Notes: generated by a model from the sequence alone, not told the origin. Shown: positions 43,909 through 54,138, counted from the stretch's first letter. The stretch is 64,000 nt of DNA from an uncultured Acidimicrobiia bacterium (GCA_963774125.1 CAVZDR010000002.1:420605-484604); one strand, 5' to 3'. Program-made: numbers and translations.

Positions 43909-44581
43909 ATGGTCGGGGCCGTGCGGGTCGTGATCGCGCGCTGCTCGGTCGACTACGACGGCCGCCTCTCCGCCCACCTCCCCGAGGCGCTGCGATTGAT
44001 CATGGTCAAGGCCGACGGCTGTGTGGCGGTGCACGCCGACGGGGGCGCGTACAAGCCGCTGAACTGGATGAACGCACCCAATCGGCTGGAGATGCTGGTT
44101 GATCGATGGGTCGTCACGAACCCCAAGGGCGAACGGCTCACGATCACGCTGCACGAGGTCGTCTCCGATTCGATGCACGAGCTCGGATCCGACCCCGGCC
44201 TGCGCAAGGACGGCGTCGAGGCCCACTTGCAGGAGCTGCTCGCGGCCACACCGAGCGCGATCGAAGCCGGCATGACGCTGGTCCGCCGTGAATACCCGAC
44301 AGCGATCGGTCCCGTCGACCTCGTGTGCCGCGATGCCGAGGGTCGCGTCGTCGCCGTGGAGGTCAAGCGTCGTGGCGAGATCGACGGTGTGGAGCAACTG
44401 GGTCGCTACATCGAACGACTCCAGCTCGACTCGACACTCGGCGACGTCCGCGGCATGTTCGTCGCCCAGGTGGTCAAGCCGCAGGCCCGCGTGCTCGCCG
44501 AAGCACGCGGCTACCGTTGGATGGAGGTCGACTACGACGTGCTGAGGGGGATGGCTCCAGCGAGATCTTCGGCTGTTCTGA
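43909..44581 (+). pseudogene. nucS: endonuclease NucS (non-canonical mismatch repair); one frame break at the extreme 3' end
   Basis: [22 protein letters not shown]...[20 protein letters not shown]...EVDYDVLRG. The expected C-terminus ...DLRLF-stop (TGA 44579-44581) is one frame over, with the break near 44562. The start is ATG 43909 or GTG 43921. Confidence 0.85.
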
Positions 44582-44599
44582 CGGCTACGGTCCCCCGCC

Positions 44600-45685
44600 A
44601 TGTCCCAGCGTGTACGTGGGGTGATCGCCCGGGCCAAGGGCGAGCCCGTGACCATCGAGACCGTCATCGTGCCCGATCCGGGGCCCGGCGAGGCCGTCGT
44701 CCAGATCCAGGCGTGCGGTGTGTGCCACACCGATCTGCACTACCGGGAGGGCGGGATCAACGACGATTTCCCGTTCCTCCTCGGACACGAAGCCGCCGGC
44801 ATCGTGGAATCGGTCGGCGAAGGCGTCACCGACGTGGCTCCGGGCGATTACGTGATCCTCAACTGGCGAGCGGTGTGTGGCGAGTGTCGAGCCTGCTCAC
44901 GCGGCGAGCCCTGGTACTGCTTCAACACCCACAACGCCAAGCAGAAGATGACGCTGGAGGACGGCACCGTGCTGTCGCCGGCACTCGGCATCGGCGCCTT
45001 CGTCGACAAGACGCTCGTCGCCGCCGGCCAGTGCACGAAGGTGGATCCGGCGGCGCCGGCTACGGCCGCCGGCCTGCTCGGCTGCGGGGTGATGGCCGGG
45101 CTCGGTGCGGCGATGAACACCGGTGGCGTGCGGCGGGGCCAGTCCGTCGCCGTGTTCGGATGCGGAGGGGTCGGCGACGCGGCGATCGCCGGATCTGCGC
45201 TTGCCGGCGCCACCACGATCGTCGCCATCGACATCGATGACCGCAAGCTCGAATGGGCGAAGGCCTTCGGGGCCACGCACACGTGCAACTCGTCGACGAC
45301 CGATCCAGTCGAGTACGTGAAGTCGGTGACCGGCGGCTTCGGTGCAGATGTGTGCATCGAGGCCATCGGCAACCCGAAGGTCTACCGCCAGGCGTTCGAG
45401 GCCCGAGACCTCGCCGGCACCGTGGTGCTCGTCGGGGTGCCGCAGCCCACCGACGTCATCGAGCTGCCGTTCATCGAGCTCTTCGGTCGGGGCGGCGCCC
45501 TGAAGTCGAGCTGGTACGGCGACTGCCTGCCGTCGCGCGACTTCCCGATGCTGATCAACCTGTACCGGCAAGGGCGGCTCGACCTCGACCGCTTCGTGAG
45601 CGAGCAGATCAAGCTCGACGACGTCGAGGAGGCATTCCACAAGATGGAGCGCGGTGAGGTGCTGCGCTCCGTCGTCGTGCTCTGA
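44600..45685 (+). CDS. mscR: S-(hydroxymethyl)mycothiol dehydrogenase (class III zinc ADH)
   Basis: [38 protein letters not shown] and [10 protein letters not shown]. It is followed 3 nt later by an MBL hydrolase, the usual actinobacterial pairing. Confidence 0.85.
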   Translation: MSQRVRGVIARAKGEPVTIETVIVPDPGPGEAVVQIQACGVCHTDLHYREGGINDDFPFLLGHEAAGIVESVGEGVTDVAPGDYVILNWRAVCGECRACSRGEPWYCFNTHNAKQKMTLEDGTVLSPALGIGAFVDKTLVAAGQCTKVDPAAPATAAGLLGCGVMAGLGAAMNTGGVRRGQSVAVFGCGGVGDAAIAGSALAGATTIVAIDIDDRKLEWAKAFGATHTCNSSTTDPVEYVKSVTGGFGADVCIEAIGNPKVYRQAFEARDLAGTVVLVGVPQPTDVIELPFIELFGRGGALKSSWYGDCLPSRDFPMLINLYRQGRLDLDRFVSEQIKLDDVEEAFHKMERGEVLRSVVVL

Positions 45686-45688
45686 CCG

Positions 45689-46315
45689 ATGGCCGTCGAG
45701 CTCGTCACGACGGATGGCATCTTCGCCCTCGATGGAGGGGAGTGGGAGGTCACCAACAACATCTGGCTCGTCGGTGACGAACGCGAGGTCGTCGTGTTCG
45801 ACGCCGCACACGATCACCAGCCGATCGTCGACGCCATCAACGGCCGCCGTGTCCGGGCGATCGTGCTGACTCACGGGCACAACGACCACATCAATGTCGC
45901 CGTGCCGCTGCGCGACGCTGTCGACGCGCCGATCTGGCTGCACGACGCCGACCGGATGCTGTGGGACGTCGTGTGGCCGGCGGATGCGCCTGACCACGAC
46001 ACCGCTCCCGGCGAGGACATCAGGACGGGCGGGCACACGTTGCACGTGCTGCACACACCGGGCCACTCCCCCGGCTGCTGCTGCTTCCGCGACGTCGAGC
46101 AGGACGTCGTCTTCTCGGGCGACACCCTGTTCTGCGGCGGGCCAGGTGCCACCGGGCGGAGCTACAGCGACGAGCCGACGATCCTGCGCTCGATCCGCGA
46201 CACGCTGCTCACGCTCCCGGACGAGACCGTCGTACACACCGGACATGGTGAGTCGACCACGATCGGCAACGAGCGAGAACGGGTCCTCGACCGCGCCAAG
46301 GAGCTCGGAATCTGA
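45689..46315 (+). CDS. MBL-fold hydrolase (glyoxalase-II-like; candidate S-formylmycothiol hydrolase)
   Basis: THGHNDH (HxHxDH), HTPGHSPG, and ...HTGHG. 208 aa. Confidence 0.8.
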   Translation: MAVELVTTDGIFALDGGEWEVTNNIWLVGDEREVVVFDAAHDHQPIVDAINGRRVRAIVLTHGHNDHINVAVPLRDAVDAPIWLHDADRMLWDVVWPADAPDHDTAPGEDIRTGGHTLHVLHTPGHSPGCCCFRDVEQDVVFSGDTLFCGGPGATGRSYSDEPTILRSIRDTLLTLPDETVVHTGHGESTTIGNERERVLDRAKELGI

Positions 46316-46367
46316 CTTCTGTCCGTCGCAACCGCCTCACAACGCACGCTTTCGACAGACAGAACGA

Positions 46368-47231
46368 TCAGCAGGTGCGGCCGGGGACCTGTTGCACCGC
46401 GGCGACCTGGTACGTGACGTCGCTGTCGGTGAAGAACGTCAGCTGGTTGGCGTCGGCGAATACGGGCTCGGCCTCGACGGCGGGCAGCTCAGCGCACTCC
46501 GCGGCATCGGCGAGGCTGACCGTGGAGTCCGCCGGCCATGGGACGACCGTCGGCTCGACGTCGAACGTCATCGTGTCGAGGTCGACCGGCGTCGCCTGGA
46601 TCAGGTACGTGGTCGCGGCATACGGCTCCTCGGGACCGAGCTGATCGGCGCCGACCGTCGTCTGCAGGTCGGTCATCGCAGTGACGAACTCGGCGAGGTT
46701 GGCGCGAGCCGGATCCGACTCGGTGTCGAAGCCAAGGGCATAGGCCTGATGGCGATACGTCGTGCCGCCGACCGTGATCGTGACCACCGTGTCGGGCGCG
46801 TCCGCGATCTGGTCGTTGCGGGGGTACTCGACCTCCGCCAGCAGGCCGAGCTCGTCAGCCTGCGCGAGCACCGACTGGATGCCCTGTGGCGTGATGGAGC
46901 GCTGCAGCAGGTTGGGCAGCAGCGGGCCGGGAAAGATCATGGTCGTCGGCCCCGTCGACAGCGCCCGTCCGTCGCCGCTGATCAGGGCCGTCGGCGTGCG
47001 GGCGAAGATCACTTCGGGCGGCACGAAGCCGCCCTCCTGGGTCACCTCGACGACGACGTCGTCGGCTCCGGTGGCGTACTCGTAGCTGCCCCCTGCCGGC
47101 ACGGTCGGCAGCGTGGCGTCGGCGGGCGGCGCGACCGTGGACGCCGACGAAGCATCGTCGTCATCGCCACCGCAGGCGGCAAGCGGTACGAGAAGCAGTG
47201 CGGGGGCGAGGAGGAGCAGCCGGGGGTTCAC
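46368..47231 (-). CDS. hypothetical lipoprotein
   Basis: Preferred start VNPRLLLLAPALLLVPLAACGGDDDD (lipobox LAAC). The ORF-track start at 47336 lies inside repeat family B. Confidence 0.55.
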   Translation of the reverse strand: MNPRLLLLAPALLLVPLAACGGDDDDASSASTVAPPADATLPTVPAGGSYEYATGADDVVVEVTQEGGFVPPEVIFARTPTALISGDGRALSTGPTTMIFPGPLLPNLLQRSITPQGIQSVLAQADELGLLAEVEYPRNDQIADAPDTVVTITVGGTTYRHQAYALGFDTESDPARANLAEFVTAMTDLQTTVGADQLGPEEPYAATTYLIQATPVDLDTMTFDVEPTVVPWPADSTVSLADAAECAELPAVEAEPVFADANQLTFFTDSDVTYQVAAVQQVPGRTC

Positions 47232-47258
47232 GGTCGTTCGACGGTAGTGGGAGCTCTT

Positions 47259-47436
47259 CAGTTCCCGAAGCCTTTCGCTCAGAGGCGAAGACCCGGTTCG
47301 GCACGGCAGGCGCTCCAGCGCCTTCGCCGGCCGCATTCAGAACAGTTCCCGAAGCCTTTCGCTCAGAGGCGAAGACCCGGTTCGGCACGGCGGGCGCTCC
47401 AGCGCCTTCGCCGGCCGCATTCAGAACAGTTCCCGA
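47259..47436 (+). repeat. 84-bp tandem repeat (2 copies plus the start of a third) containing family B cores
   Basis: CAGTTCCCGAAGCCTTTCGCTCAGAGGCGAAGACCCGGTTCGGCACGGC[A/G]GGCGCTCCAGCGCCTTCGCCGGCCGCATTCAGAA starts at 47259 and 47343, and CAGTTCCCGA recurs at 47427. It lies between the divergent lipoprotein and manA starts. Confidence 0.85.
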
Positions 47437-47456
47437 TGGTTTCCTAATCTGCCGAG

Positions 47457-48416
47457 GTGGAGCCGATCCGTGGTGCCGTGCAGCACTACGCGTGGGGCGA
47501 CTACACCTTCATCCCCGATCTGCTCGGCGAGCCACCCGACGGTCGCCCGTGGGCCGAGCTGTGGTTGGGCACCCACCCGCACGGTCCCGCCACGCTGACC
47601 GATGGGCGCCCGCTGTCGGCGGTCACGGGGACGCTGCAGTACCTCCTCAAGGTGCTCGCCGTCGCCGAGCCGCTGTCGCTCCAGCTCCATCCCAGCCGAG
47701 CGCAAGCGCAGGCCGGGTTCGCCGCGGGTCGCTATCCGGACCCCGAGCCGAAGCCGGAGCTGCTGTGCGCGCTGACCACGTTCGAGGCGTTCTGCGGCAT
47801 CCGGCCAATCGACGCGACCCTCGACCTGCTCGACGAGCTCGGTGTGGACGACCTGGCCGGAACCCTGCGCGACGCAGGGGCTCATGCAACGCTTGCTGCG
47901 CTGTATCACGGCGAGATGCCCTGCGACCCGATCATCGCCGCTGCCGCATCGAGTGACCGCCCGGAGGCGGTGTGGATCTCCCGCCTCGCCAGTCGCTACC
48001 CGGGCGATCCGAGCGTCGCGGTGACGTTGCTGCTCAACTTCGTCCGCCTGTCACCCGGTGACGCGCTGCAGCTCGGCCCGGGCAACCTCCACGCCTACCT
48101 CGGTGGGGCCGGCATCGAACTGATGAATGCCAGTGACAACGTGGTGCGCGGAGGGCTCACCACGAAGCCCGTCGACGTCGCCGCCCTGCTGGCGATCGTC
48201 GACTCCGATCCACTCGACGATCCGGTGATGCCGCTCGCCACCATGTATCCGCTGAATGGCACGTCGATCCGCCTGCTGCGCCTCGTCGGACCGCAGGAAC
48301 GTACGGCCGAGGGCAACGAGCTCGTCGTCACGACGAACGGGGGGACGTGGTTCCTGGCGTCAGGGGATCAGCTCTTCGTGGAGCCGGACGTCGTGGCCTA
48401 CATCGCCACGGCGTGA
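47457..48416 (+). CDS. manA: mannose-6-phosphate isomerase, class I
   Basis: GTG start. VQHYAWGD, ELWLGTHP, YLLKVLAVAEPLSLQLHP, NVVRGGLT. Confidence 0.8.
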   Translation: MEPIRGAVQHYAWGDYTFIPDLLGEPPDGRPWAELWLGTHPHGPATLTDGRPLSAVTGTLQYLLKVLAVAEPLSLQLHPSRAQAQAGFAAGRYPDPEPKPELLCALTTFEAFCGIRPIDATLDLLDELGVDDLAGTLRDAGAHATLAALYHGEMPCDPIIAAAASSDRPEAVWISRLASRYPGDPSVAVTLLLNFVRLSPGDALQLGPGNLHAYLGGAGIELMNASDNVVRGGLTTKPVDVAALLAIVDSDPLDDPVMPLATMYPLNGTSIRLLRLVGPQERTAEGNELVVTTNGGTWFLASGDQLFVEPDVVAYIATA

Positions 48417-48420
48417 TCGG

Positions 48421-49653
48421 CTACACGTCCCCGGTCACTCGCTCTCGGATGTTGACGATCCGTTCGCCGCTCTGGTTCACGTCGTCGCCCTTGGCGTCGA
48501 GCAGCTGGCTGCGGTCCCTCGCCGCCTCACGCTCCGCCTTCGCCGTGTCGGCTCGAGCGATCGCCGCGTCGATGCCGTGCTCGTTGATGAACTCCGCCCA
48601 CTCGACGAGCGAGTCGACCATCTCATCCTCTGGGACGACGGCGATGTTGCGGCCGCGCACGAAGAGGTGGCCGCGCTTGTTGCCGGCGGCGATCCCGAGA
48701 TCGGCCTCTCTCGCCTCGCCGGGGCCGTTCACGACACAGCCCATCACCGCCACCTGCAACGGCAGCTGGCGTTCGCCGAAGGCGTCCATCGCCCGCTTGG
48801 CGACGTCGATGACGTCGATCTCCGCCCGCCCGCACGACGGGCAGGCGATGAGGTCGACGTTCTTGCGCTCGCGCAGACCGAGCGCCTCGAGAAGTTGCCG
48901 GCCGGCCCGTGCCTCCTCGACCGGGTCGGCAGTCAGCGAGTAGCGAATCGTGTCCCCGATGCCCTCGAGCAGGAGCGTCGAGATGCCGGCGGTGGCCTTG
49001 ACCAGCCCAGCCGGCGGCGGCCCTGCCTCCGTGACACCGAGGTGCAACGGGCGATCGGTGACCTCCGAGAGCTGTCGATAGGCCTCGACCATCAAGGGGA
49101 CGCTCGACGCCTTCACGGAGATCTTGATGAGATCGAAGTCGACCTCTTCGAAGTACGCCATCTCCTGCTGGGCGGATTCGACCATCGCCTCGGGAGTCAC
49201 GCCGCCGTGCTTGTCGTACAGCGACGGGTCGAGCGAGCCGGCGTTGACACCGATGCGGATCGGCAGCTGGCGGTCGCGGGCCTCGCTGGCGACAGCCTTG
49301 ATGTGCTCCGGCCGACGGATGTTGCCCGGGTTGAGGCGGAGTCCGTGGACGCCGGCTTCCATCGCCGCCAACGCCATCCGGTACTGATGATGGATGTCGG
49401 CGATGATCGGCACCGGCGAGCGGGGAACGATCTGCGCCAATCCCTCGGCGGCCTCTGCCTCGTTGCACGTGCACCTGACGATGTCGCATCCCGCTGCGGC
49501 GAGGCCGTAGATCTGCTGCAGCGTGCCTTCGACGTCCGCCGTCTTGGTGATCGTCATCGACTGGACGCTCACGGGCGCGCCACCACCGACCGGAACCGAG
49601 CCGACGTGGATCTGGCGGGTCGGCCGCCGCTGCATGACGGACCCGGCCTTCAT
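48421..49653 (-). CDS. ispG: 4-hydroxy-3-methylbut-2-en-1-yl diphosphate synthase
   Basis: RRPTRQIHVGSVPVGGGAPVSVQSMT, RLNPGNI, ACPSCGR, GCVVNGPGEA. The start is ATG 49653 (SD GAAGGGG) or ATG 49635. Confidence 0.9.
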   Translation of the reverse strand: MKAGSVMQRRPTRQIHVGSVPVGGGAPVSVQSMTITKTADVEGTLQQIYGLAAAGCDIVRCTCNEAEAAEGLAQIVPRSPVPIIADIHHQYRMALAAMEAGVHGLRLNPGNIRRPEHIKAVASEARDRQLPIRIGVNAGSLDPSLYDKHGGVTPEAMVESAQQEMAYFEEVDFDLIKISVKASSVPLMVEAYRQLSEVTDRPLHLGVTEAGPPPAGLVKATAGISTLLLEGIGDTIRYSLTADPVEEARAGRQLLEALGLRERKNVDLIACPSCGRAEIDVIDVAKRAMDAFGERQLPLQVAVMGCVVNGPGEAREADLGIAAGNKRGHLFVRGRNIAVVPEDEMVDSLVEWAEFINEHGIDAAIARADTAKAEREAARDRSQLLDAKGDDVNQSGERIVNIRERVTGDV

Positions 49654-49673
49654 CAGAACCCCTTCATCAGAAC
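49647..49673. repeat. 14-bp tandem duplication of the rseP stop / ispG start junction
   Basis: CCTTCATCAGAAC occurs at 49647-49659 and 49661-49673. On the minus strand this reads TTCTGATGAAGGggTTCTGATGAAGG, giving rseP TGA, then the mini-ORF ATG-AAG-GGG-TTC-TGA, then the ispG ATG. Confidence 0.8.
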
Positions 49674-50947
49674 GGGTCAGTGATGTCGAGGTACAGGCCG
49701 GACATGAATAGGAACAGCAACAGCACGATGACGCCCATCGCGACGGGCATCAGCTTCGAGACGTCGGCGAAGTAGCGCCGACCCCCGCGCTCCCGCACCC
49801 GTTCGTACGTGGCGATCGCGGCGTGACCACCATCGAGCGGCAGTAGCGGGAACATGTTGAACACGCCGACGAACACGTTCAGCACGGCGAGCAGGTACAG
49901 CACGCCGATGAAGCCCTGGCTCTCCCCGATCGTGCCGCTGACCTGCGTGATGCCGACGACCGTCGTCGGCCGCGTCGAGAGATCCTCGCTCTCACCACTC
50001 AAGTGCTCGTAGATGTTGACCGGGTTGAAGACCTGGAAGATCCCCTTCGTCGACTCCCAGGTCACGGGGAACAGCTCCGACACGCTGGACACCGCCGCCT
50101 CGCCCAGCGACATCTGCTCCCACTCGGCGGCCGGCCGGCTCCGCACGCCCAGCAGGGCCTGTCCGAAGTCCGCGCTGTTCTCGTCGGTGTTCGCTCCGAG
50201 CCGGGTCGGGATCGTCACGGTGGTGCCATCGCGCTGCACCTCGACGTCCACCTCATCTCCTGGAGCGAACGAGCGCACAACCGGGCCGAGCTCCTCCCCG
50301 TCGTCGATCTGCTGACTGCCGACGGCGACGATGACGTCACCCGAGCGCAGCCCGGCGGCCTGGCCCGGACCATTGGCCTGCAAGCTGCTGACCTCGGCGC
50401 CCGGACGCTCGACGAGCTCACCACGGATGGAGAACACAGTGAACAACAACACGATGGCGATCAGAAGGTGCATCAGCGAGCCGGCCGTGATCACCAGCAT
50501 CCGGCGCGGGTAGCTCTGCTGGCGGTAGGTCCTGGCCTCGTCCTCCGGCGGCACATCGTCGAGGTTGTTCATCCCGATGATGCGAACGAAGGCGCCGAGG
50601 GGCAGCGCGCGGACGCCGTACTCCGTCTCACCTCGACGGAAGCTCCAGATCCGCGGCCCGAAGCCGAGGAAGAACTGGGTCGCCTTCATGCCGGTGAGGC
50701 GGGCGGTGACGAAGTGCCCGGTCTCGTGGAGGAAGACCGAGATCAGGATGCCGACGGCGAAGACGAACATCCAGATGTTGACGACGGCGAGCCACACCAG
50801 CAGGGCGAGGATGATGATCCCGGCGATCGCCCCGGCGGGACCCGCGCCCGTCTCCTCGTCTGGCGTCTCGGTCACGGATCCGCCAGCCATCACCTCGTTG
50901 CGGAACCGGCCGTAGCGGCCGTCCTCGATGCGTTCGCTGGTCTTCAC
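49667..50947 (-). CDS. rseP: RIP metalloprotease RseP/Rip1 (site-2 protease, M50) with PDZ domain
   Basis: HETGHF (HExxH), a PDZ-like segment GPGQAAGLRSGDVIVAVG, and the NxxPxxxLDGG motif (NMFPLLPLDGG). The GTG start overlaps the dxr stop (GTGA). Confidence 0.9.
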   Translation of the reverse strand: MKTSERIEDGRYGRFRNEVMAGGSVTETPDEETGAGPAGAIAGIIILALLVWLAVVNIWMFVFAVGILISVFLHETGHFVTARLTGMKATQFFLGFGPRIWSFRRGETEYGVRALPLGAFVRIIGMNNLDDVPPEDEARTYRQQSYPRRMLVITAGSLMHLLIAIVLLFTVFSIRGELVERPGAEVSSLQANGPGQAAGLRSGDVIVAVGSQQIDDGEELGPVVRSFAPGDEVDVEVQRDGTTVTIPTRLGANTDENSADFGQALLGVRSRPAAEWEQMSLGEAAVSSVSELFPVTWESTKGIFQVFNPVNIYEHLSGESEDLSTRPTTVVGITQVSGTIGESQGFIGVLYLLAVLNVFVGVFNMFPLLPLDGGHAAIATYERVRERGGRRYFADVSKLMPVAMGVIVLLLFLFMSGLYLDITDPF

Positions 50948-52097
50948 CGGTCGATCACGTCCTGCACCTGCTGGCGGGCGACGACTCTCGCCGCCCGATC
51001 GGCCTCGACGACGTCCTCGATCGTCGACGGCACCCCTAGATCATGCCTGTCGAGGGCCCGGTTGCACACGTCAGCAATCTGGTTCCATCGGATCTGGCGG
51101 GCCAGGAACGCGTCGACAGCGACCTCGTTCGCCGCGCTGAGCCAGGCCGGCGCGCTGCCGCCCGCCTTCCCGGCCTCGTAGGCGAGGCCGAGGCAGCGGA
51201 ACGTCTCGACGTCGGGTCGTTCGAAGTCGAGACGGTCGAGCTGTGACCAGTCGATGCGCCCGAACGGAGTCGCGATGCGCTCAGGGTAGGCAAGTGCGTA
51301 TCCGATCGGTAGCCGCATATCGGGATTGCTGAGCTGGGCGATCGTCGAGCCGTCGGTGAACTCGACCATCGAGTGGACGATCGACTGAGGGTGGACGACG
51401 ACTTCGATCCCGTCGTACGGGACCCCGAACAGCTCGTGGGCTTCGATGACCTCCAGTCCCTTGTTCATCAGCGTGCTCGAGTCGATGGTGATCTTCGGAC
51501 CCATCTGCCAGGTCGGATGGGCCAATGCCTCGTCGACACCGACTTCCGCCAACTCCGGCGGCGGCGGCCCCGGAACGGCCCACCACTCGCCGTCAGCAGG
51601 ATCCGGGCGACCTCGGTGGCGGTTCGGGTCGAGGCCCGCAGGCATTGGTGGATCGCCCCGTGTTCGCTGTCAACCGGCACCAGCTCAGCGCCCGGGGTCG
51701 TGCGCAACGGCTGGACCACCGGTCCTGCGGCGATCAGGCTCTCCTTGTTGGCAAGGGCCAAGCGCTTGCCGGCACGCAGCGTGCGCACGGTGACCGGCAG
51801 CCCGGCGAAGCCGACGACGCCGTTGACGACGACGTCGGCGCCGTCGGCGAGGTCGGCGAGCTCGTCGACGACCGTGGCGAACGGCACCGCGGCGGCCAGC
51901 TCGGCGCGACGCGACGGGTCGCCGATGGCGACGTAGCGCGGGCGAAGTCGTGTGGCCTGCTCGACCAGCGTCTCGAGCGCGCTGCCGACTCCGAGCGCGA
52001 CGACCTCGAAGCGGTCGGGCTCCGACCGGATGACGTCGAGGGTCTGGGTGCCGATCGAGCCGGACGAGCCGGCGATGGCGACGCGAAGACGGCTCAG
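50944..52097 (-). pseudogene. dxr: 1-deoxy-D-xylulose-5-phosphate reductoisomerase; one frame break; start codon unresolved
   Basis: RVAIAGSSGSIGTQTLDV...LANKESLIAAG...VDSEHGAIHQCL...LTASGGPFRG are in one frame. After a break in a (GGC)n run near 51562, PPELAEVGVDEALAHPTWQMGPKITIDSSTLMNKGLEVIEAH... follows to the stop at 50944. There is no ATG/GTG/TTG in frame after the cdsA stop; CTG at 52097 is the only candidate. Confidence 0.85.
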
Positions 52098-52107
52098 TGC
52101 GGGTGCG

Positions 52108-53562
52108 CTATCGGGTCCAGGGTTCGAGCACGTACGTCACGTAGTAGGCGACGGGGAGCACGAACAGGAACGAGTCGAAACGGTCGAGGACTCCGCCGTG
52201 GCCGGACACCAACGTGCCGAAGTCCTTCACGTCGAGGTTGCGCTTGAACATGCTCTCGGCGAGATCCCCGAGCGGTGCGAACACCGAGACGATCAACGCC
52301 AACAGCAGGAGGTCACGTGTCGTCCAGGTGCCGCTGCGATCCGTGAGGCCGACGACGAACAGGACGAGGAACGTCATGAACGTGCCGCCGATCAGCCCTT
52401 CCACGGTCTTGCCGGGGCTGATCCACTCGCGCAGCGGTGTCTTGCCGACCGCTGAACCGACGAGCAAGGCGCCGATGTCGTTGGCGACGACACCCAGCAC
52501 GATGAGGAACATCGTGTCAGTTCCGACGTTCTCGAACCCGGGCTGGTTGGACCACCGGAGGATCAAGGCGGCGAACGAACCGAGCAGCCCGATCCACACC
52601 ACGCCCATGGTCGTGACGGCCATGTTGGGGAGTGGGCCCGATTCGACACCCGATGCACCGAGGAAGCCCACGGACGCGGCGATGAAGGCGAACGCGACGA
52701 CGAGTGGCAACGCGACGTTGCCTGCCCAGTAGGCCGCGAGCGGCGCGGCGACGCACGCTGCCAGCCCCGGCGCGACAGCCGGCCGATACCCCTTCTCGGT
52801 CACCTTGCCGAAGTACTCGAAAGCGGCGATGGCGAGGATCACGGTGATGAGCGCCAGCACAGCCGCCGGCCGCCAGAGCGTGGCGATGATGAACAGCGCG
52901 GCGAGCACGACGCCGGCGATCACGGCGGCCGGCAGGTTGCGGCCCGCCGCCATCGACCCGGTGGCCGTGCGGGCCGGACCGGCGGGGCGACCAGACCGTT
53001 GCTGCGCCCCGCGTCGGCGCGACGTCCCAGGCGGTGGCCGCCGCTGCACACCCGAAGGGTCCGTACCGATCGTGATCCGGCCCGGTTCCCGACGCGGCGG
53101 CGTGGTCATCGGCTGCTCACCGGTCTGCGGGCTGGCGATGGGCGTCGAGAGGTCGTCCGCGTACACCTGGCCGGTCGGCTCGGCGTCGACGCCGCGTGGC
53201 TGTTCGCCGCTCGGATCGGTTGCGTCGTCGCGCCACACGGGTGATTCCGTCGTGAACGAGGACCACACGTCGACGTCGTCGTCCTCGTCCTCCGCTCCGG
53301 CCACGGTCGACGGCTCCAATCGAGGCACCTCGCCCGTTGGAGGCTCGGTCCAGTGCGGCAGTGGACCGGTGTCGTTGGGACCGAAACTGAGCCGGCGCTC
53401 GCCGGTGTCATCGCCCTCACTGGGGCGCTGGGTGCCGTTCGACGGTTCCTCATCGGGGAACAGCGGCCCGCCGAACTCATCGGTCTCGTCGCCGTGCTCA
53501 CGTCGGCGCCGCCACATGTCGTCGCTCATCACCTCTCCCTGGTCACTGTCCGCATCGACCAA
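52108..53562 (-). CDS. cdsA: phosphatidate cytidylyltransferase with ~190-aa acidic/Pro-rich N-terminal extension
   Basis: The C-terminal ~290 aa are polytopic, with SMFKRNLDVKDFGTLVSGHGGVLDRFDS. The N-terminal part (MVDADSDQGEV...DEDDDVDVWSSF...) is low-complexity. Confidence 0.85.
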   Translation of the reverse strand: MVDADSDQGEVMSDDMWRRRREHGDETDEFGGPLFPDEEPSNGTQRPSEGDDTGERRLSFGPNDTGPLPHWTEPPTGEVPRLEPSTVAGAEDEDDDVDVWSSFTTESPVWRDDATDPSGEQPRGVDAEPTGQVYADDLSTPIASPQTGEQPMTTPPRREPGRITIGTDPSGVQRRPPPGTSRRRGAQQRSGRPAGPARTATGSMAAGRNLPAAVIAGVVLAALFIIATLWRPAAVLALITVILAIAAFEYFGKVTEKGYRPAVAPGLAACVAAPLAAYWAGNVALPLVVAFAFIAASVGFLGASGVESGPLPNMAVTTMGVVWIGLLGSFAALILRWSNQPGFENVGTDTMFLIVLGVVANDIGALLVGSAVGKTPLREWISPGKTVEGLIGGTFMTFLVLFVVGLTDRSGTWTTRDLLLLALIVSVFAPLGDLAESMFKRNLDVKDFGTLVSGHGGVLDRFDSFLFVLPVAYYVTYVLEPWTR

Positions 53563-53580
53563 ACACCAGCGCCGGTCGCG

Positions 53581-54138
53581 CTAGACCTCGAGTAGCTCGG
53601 ACTCCTTGCGCCCGAGCGCGGCGTCGATCTTCTCGACGTGATCGTGAGTGATCTTCTCGAGCTCCTTCTCGGCCCGTTCGAGATCGTCGGCGGAGATCTC
53701 GCCGGACTTCTCCGAGCCCTCGAGGTGTTTGCGTGCGTCGCGGCGGAGGTTGCGAACGGCGACCCTGCCGTCCTCCGCCATGTGCCGGACGACCTTGACG
53801 TACTCCTTGCGACGCTCCTCCGTCAGCGGAGGGAAGGACAACCGGATGACGGTGCCGTCGTTGCTCGGGTTGACACCGAGATCGGAGTCGCGAATCGCCT
53901 TCTCGATGGCGCCGAGCGAGTTGCGGTCGTGGGGGCGGACGATCATCTGGCGCGCCTCGGGAACCTGGATGCCAGCGAGCTGCTGCAACGGGACCGGGGC
54001 GCCGTAGTAGAGGACGTTGAGCTTCTCGATCAAGACCGGCGCGGCCCGACCGGTGCGGACGGTCTGGAAGTGCGCGTGCACGCGCTCGACGGCTTTGTCC
54101 ATCCTGTCGATGGCGTCGAGCAGCGTCTCGTCGATCAC
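53581..54138 (-). CDS. frr: ribosome recycling factor
   Basis: 185 aa, with ...FQTVRTGRAAPVLIEKLNVLYYGAPVPLQQLAGI...PPLTEERRKEYVK. Confidence 0.95.
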   Translation of the reverse strand: MIDETLLDAIDRMDKAVERVHAHFQTVRTGRAAPVLIEKLNVLYYGAPVPLQQLAGIQVPEARQMIVRPHDRNSLGAIEKAIRDSDLGVNPSNDGTVIRLSFPPLTEERRKEYVKVVRHMAEDGRVAVRNLRRDARKHLEGSEKSGEISADDLERAEKELEKITHDHVEKIDAALGRKESELLEV

